Source: Nautiliaceae bacterium | GTDB taxonomy: Bacteria > Campylobacterota > Campylobacteria > Campylobacterales > Nautiliaceae | Assembly: GCA_027063865.1 (NCBI GenBank) | Contig: JAMOQT010000124.1 | Location: forward strand, 1 to 55,731 | DNA: 55,731 bases | Direction of reading: 5' to 3' | Shown: one piece after another, positions 52,741 to 55,731 of the stretch | Layout: each line of letters opens with the position of its first letter | Position numbering within the stretch: position 1 is the stretch's first letter | Notes under the pieces: model-generated | What the model was told of the DNA's origin: nothing | Database searches by the model: none | Seen by the model: only the letters and a program-made list of their open reading frames with translations | Program-made: the position numbers and the translations under genes

Positions 52741-53741
52741 ATGTTGAAGGAAAATGATATTTTAAAACTATATAAAAGAGCTAAAAGAGAGAAAAAAGAG
52801 AGACTTTAAAAAAATTTTAATAATATTAGAATAGATATCAGATTTAGTAAAAAAAGCAATTTTTATAACGTGAATATTTTTATTTATAAAAATAAAAAAA
52901 TATGAAAAAATCGAAACTGCTAATATTGTAATTGTAAACAACAACTATAAAATTAAAAACTTAAAAGAATTGAACAAAGCTATAAATGAGTTTTGATTAA
53001 GTGAAGAGGAAAAAAAAGAACCATTAAGTTTTTCTTTATATATTGAAGATTTTTTAAATTATATAGATACAATGAATATCGGTGATTCAAAAAAGCGTCA
53101 AAAGAAAAAATATGTTATCAATAATTTAACCTTTTTAGAAAATAACAGCTTAAAAGATGAAAAAAACATTGTTAATTATTTAAATTATTGTATTAGAAAT
53201 GCTAAAAGTTTTGGTGTGAGTAAAACTTATAATAGCAATAATTGTTATACTTTAAAAAACAATATGACGATATTAAAAGATTTTTTTAAATTTTTATTTA
53301 TCAATAGCAAAATAAATAAAGAAATATTTGTTTTAGTTAAAAATAAAAATTTCAATTTTAATGATTATTTCACTAATTGTAAAAATATAAAAAATAAAAA
53401 TTATCAAACATTTAATACATTTGACGATTTGAAAAATTTTTATAATGTATTAATATGCAGTAAATGTTTTATTATTGATAAATTAGAAGTATATTGAAGA
53501 TTTTGAATATTTAACTTTTCTCTCACATCTTGAAAATATTTACGATTATGAAGAAATGAAAGAAATTGGAAAACAATATGTTTATTTGAAAAATTTTAGC
53601 AAAAAAAGTATATTAAATGTTTTAACCTCTATTTTGTCACTAGAAATATTAAATTTAACAGGAATGAGAAAAAGTGATTTACTTAAATTAAATGATAAAA
53701 ATAAATATATGGTTTACACAAAGTATGAAGCGGTCTCGTAA
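52741..53741 (+). pseudogene. Fragmented tyrosine recombinase/integrase
   Basis: Broken ORFs (52741-52809, 53072-53497, 53556-53741); LTGMRKSDLLKL resembles box I of tyrosine recombinases; adjacent to the att site. Confidence 0.6.
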
Positions 53742-54042
53742 ATAATGAAAAAATCCAATATTTTTTTAAAAAAACACAATAAATTGTTATGGATAGATTA
53801 ATGGCTAAACTAATTTTTTATACTTTAGCAAAAAAATGTGTTTTTTCAGAGGATTCAATTAAAAAATTATAAAAACTCATTAAAAGCAATGATGCAAAAA
53901 ACTAAATTTATAAAATTTGTGGCAAAAGTTTTAGCATTTAATGATTTTATAACTAAAAAATAATAGAAATGGAAAATGATGAAGAAAAAGAAATTTTAAA
54001 AACTTTGCTTTTTGCTGAAATTATAAAAAATAAAAAAATAAA

Positions 54043-54097
54043 TTTATAGTTTTACCTATAAAATTTGATATAATTTTTATAGTTGTAACTATAAAAA
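54043..54097 (+). promoter_or_regulatory. Promoter with two palindromic operators TTTATAG-N6-CTATAAA flanking TGATATAAT
   Basis: Palindromes at 54043-54062 and 54074-54097 (the latter with perfect 11-bp arms); -10 at 54066-54074. Confidence 0.7.
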
Positions 54098-54106
54098 AGG
54101 AATAAA

Positions 54107-55309
54107 ATGTTAGAGAAATTTAGGCTTTTTCAAAGCTCACTTCTTAAAAATTTAAAAACTACACATAAGAGATACTTTTATGAAGAATTAAAAAATGATG
54201 AAAAACTTTTAGGAATTTTAGGTGCGAGAGGTGTAGGTAAAACTACGGCGTTACTTCAATATTTGAAAGAATCAGATATTCCTATTAGTGAAAAACTTTA
54301 TATAAGTGCTGATTGGATTGACGGTGAAAGTCTTTTTGACATAGTTGAGACTTTTTATAAAGAAAACGGAAAATTGCTTATAATTGATGAAATTCATAAA
54401 TATCCTAATTTTGAGAAAGAATTAAAAATAATTTATGATATTTTGGATTTAAGGGTTATTGTAAGCGGTAGCAGTGCATTATCTATTAATCACGCAAAAG
54501 CGGATTTGAGCAGAAGAATGCTTGTAAAAGAAGTAAAAGGAATGTCTTTTAGGGAATTTTTAAAGTTTAAATACGGATTTGAAATAGATAGTATTACACT
54601 TGATGAATTAATTAAAAATCATATAAACATAGCTTTTGAAATTTTAGGAAAAATTGAAAAACCGTCACTTATACCGGATTTTAAAGAGTATTTGGAAGTT
54701 GGATATTATCCTTTTTACTTTCAAAATCAAAATAAAATCTCATATCTTTTAAAACTAAAAGAAACTATTAATGTAGTATTGGAAGTAGATATTCCTGCTA
54801 TTTCAAACATAAAATTTACAACAATCAGAAAATTTAAAAAACTTATAGAATACATTTGCACTTCCCACCCTTTTAAACCGAATATGCAAGAACTTCTTAC
54901 AAAAATGGATATGCCAAAAACCGCTTATGCGGAAGCTTATGAATATTTAGAACTACTGCAAAAAGCCAAAATCATAAGACTTATAAAAAGTGCAAATAAA
55001 AAAGATGCAATTCTTACAAAACCTGAAAAAATATATCTAAACAATACGAACCTTCATTTTTGCTATTGCGAGACACAGGAAACCGGCTCAATCAGAGAAG
55101 TTTTCTTTGCTTCCATGCTCGAAGATTATGACATTTACGCATCTAAAAAAGGTGATTTTACAATAAACGGATATACTTTTGAAATAGGTGGCAAAAATAA
55201 AACCAAAATGCAGATTAAAGAAATTGAGGATTCTTTTGTAGTAAAAGATGATATAGAGATAGGGGACAAAGATTCTATTCCTCTTTGGCTTTTCGGGTTT
55301 TTGTACTAA
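54107..55309 (+). CDS. AAA_14 / DUF4143-type ATPase with C-terminal PD-(D/E)XK-like domain
   Basis: GARGVGKT, LIIDEIH, SGSS, MSFREF, GYYP, KIYLNNTNL, GDF...FEIGGK. Confidence 0.88.
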   Translation: MLEKFRLFQSSLLKNLKTTHKRYFYEELKNDEKLLGILGARGVGKTTALLQYLKESDIPISEKLYISADWIDGESLFDIVETFYKENGKLLIIDEIHKYPNFEKELKIIYDILDLRVIVSGSSALSINHAKADLSRRMLVKEVKGMSFREFLKFKYGFEIDSITLDELIKNHINIAFEILGKIEKPSLIPDFKEYLEVGYYPFYFQNQNKISYLLKLKETINVVLEVDIPAISNIKFTTIRKFKKLIEYICTSHPFKPNMQELLTKMDMPKTAYAEAYEYLELLQKAKIIRLIKSANKKDAILTKPEKIYLNNTNLHFCYCETQETGSIREVFFASMLEDYDIYASKKGDFTINGYTFEIGGKNKTKMQIKEIEDSFVVKDDIEIGDKDSIPLWLFGFLY

Positions 55310-55365
55310 AGTAAGTTTTATATTTATGCTAAAATTTTAAACTTTAAAAGTTATATAAATATTTG

Positions 55366-55399
55366 TTTAGTAAAATAATTTACCAAATGATTTACCAAA
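55366..55399. repeat. TTTACCAAA repeats (arm-site-like), right end
   Basis: TTTAGTAAAATAATTTACCAAATGATTTACCAAA. Confidence 0.75.
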
Positions 55400-55443
55400 A
55401 ATTTGTGATAATACCTAAAATTCAGAAATATAAAGGATGACAA

Positions 55444-55731
55444 TTGAACTCTCTTAAAAGCCATGTGGCTTTGATACTTGCGCTGGTTTCGATTTTATTA
55501 AGCATATTTCTTTTCAGGCTTTTTAACAATATAATGATGAAATATCAATATAATATTTTGAATAATTATTCCATAGTAATAGTAAGCGAAAAGAAAATTA
55601 ATACCTTGAATGAAATAAAAGAGATTGAAAAAATTGAAAAAATTGATATAACCAAACAACTCGAATATATGAAAAAAAAGTTTAAAAATTTAAATCTTGA
55701 ATCAATAAAAATGCCTTATTTTTACAGACTG
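55444..55731 (+). CDS. ftsX: Cell division permease FtsX (partial; 3' end runs off the window)
   Basis: TTG start with AAGGA SD: MNSLKSHVALILALVSILLSIFLFRLF...NNYSIVIVS; N-terminal TM; follows ftsE. Confidence 0.82.
   Translation, partial: MNSLKSHVALILALVSILLSIFLFRLFNNIMMKYQYNILNNYSIVIVSEKKINTLNEIKEIEKIEKIDITKQLEYMKKKFKNLNLESIKMPYFYRL

Larger units (their letters stand above)
52600..55464. mobile_element. Decayed integrative element inserted in the 5' end of ftsX
   Basis: Perfect 20-bp direct repeat TGAACTCTCTTAAAAGCCAT at 52600-52619 and 55445-55464; AT-rich interior; integrase fragments. Confidence 0.88.

Overview
AT-rich chromosomal segment from a Campylobacterota bacterium. Gene order and sequence style suggest a Nautiliaceae-like organism (inference). 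Most of it is housekeeping genes: hom, metK/metE, aroB, tgt, a sigma28-driven flaG-fliD-fliS operon, uvrD-truB-csrA-ispE, glnA, pyrB/pabB, cmoB, pyrH-rpoZ-spoT-tyrS-fabX-amiA and rluD-flpA-trmB-ftsE-ftsX. Four unusual layers sit on top of this. (1) A four-helix-bundle (IVP/Avd-like) gene lies between uvrD and truB, bracketed by INVERTED arrays of the 8-mer AAGTTGTG. The upstream arm supplies its ribosome-binding site and the downstream arm is read in-frame as the TruB N-terminus. (2) About 20 further degenerate 7-, 8- and 10-mer arrays are scattered across the window. Several are empty inverted pairs with the same polarity, and several are in-frame inside conserved enzymes, suggesting footprints of an undescribed repeat-armed mobile or RNA-structural system. 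(3) A ~2.8 kb integrated element sits in the 5' end of ftsX, with a 20-bp att duplication, a decayed tyrosine integrase and an AAA/DUF4143 ATPase cargo; it supplies ftsX with a new start codon and RBS. (4) An Rpn/YhgA-like nuclease gene has a clear internal RBS+ATG for a nested C-terminal antitoxin-like protein. Two unannotated 32-aa membrane peptides were also found. No rRNA, tRNA or CRISPR array is seen.
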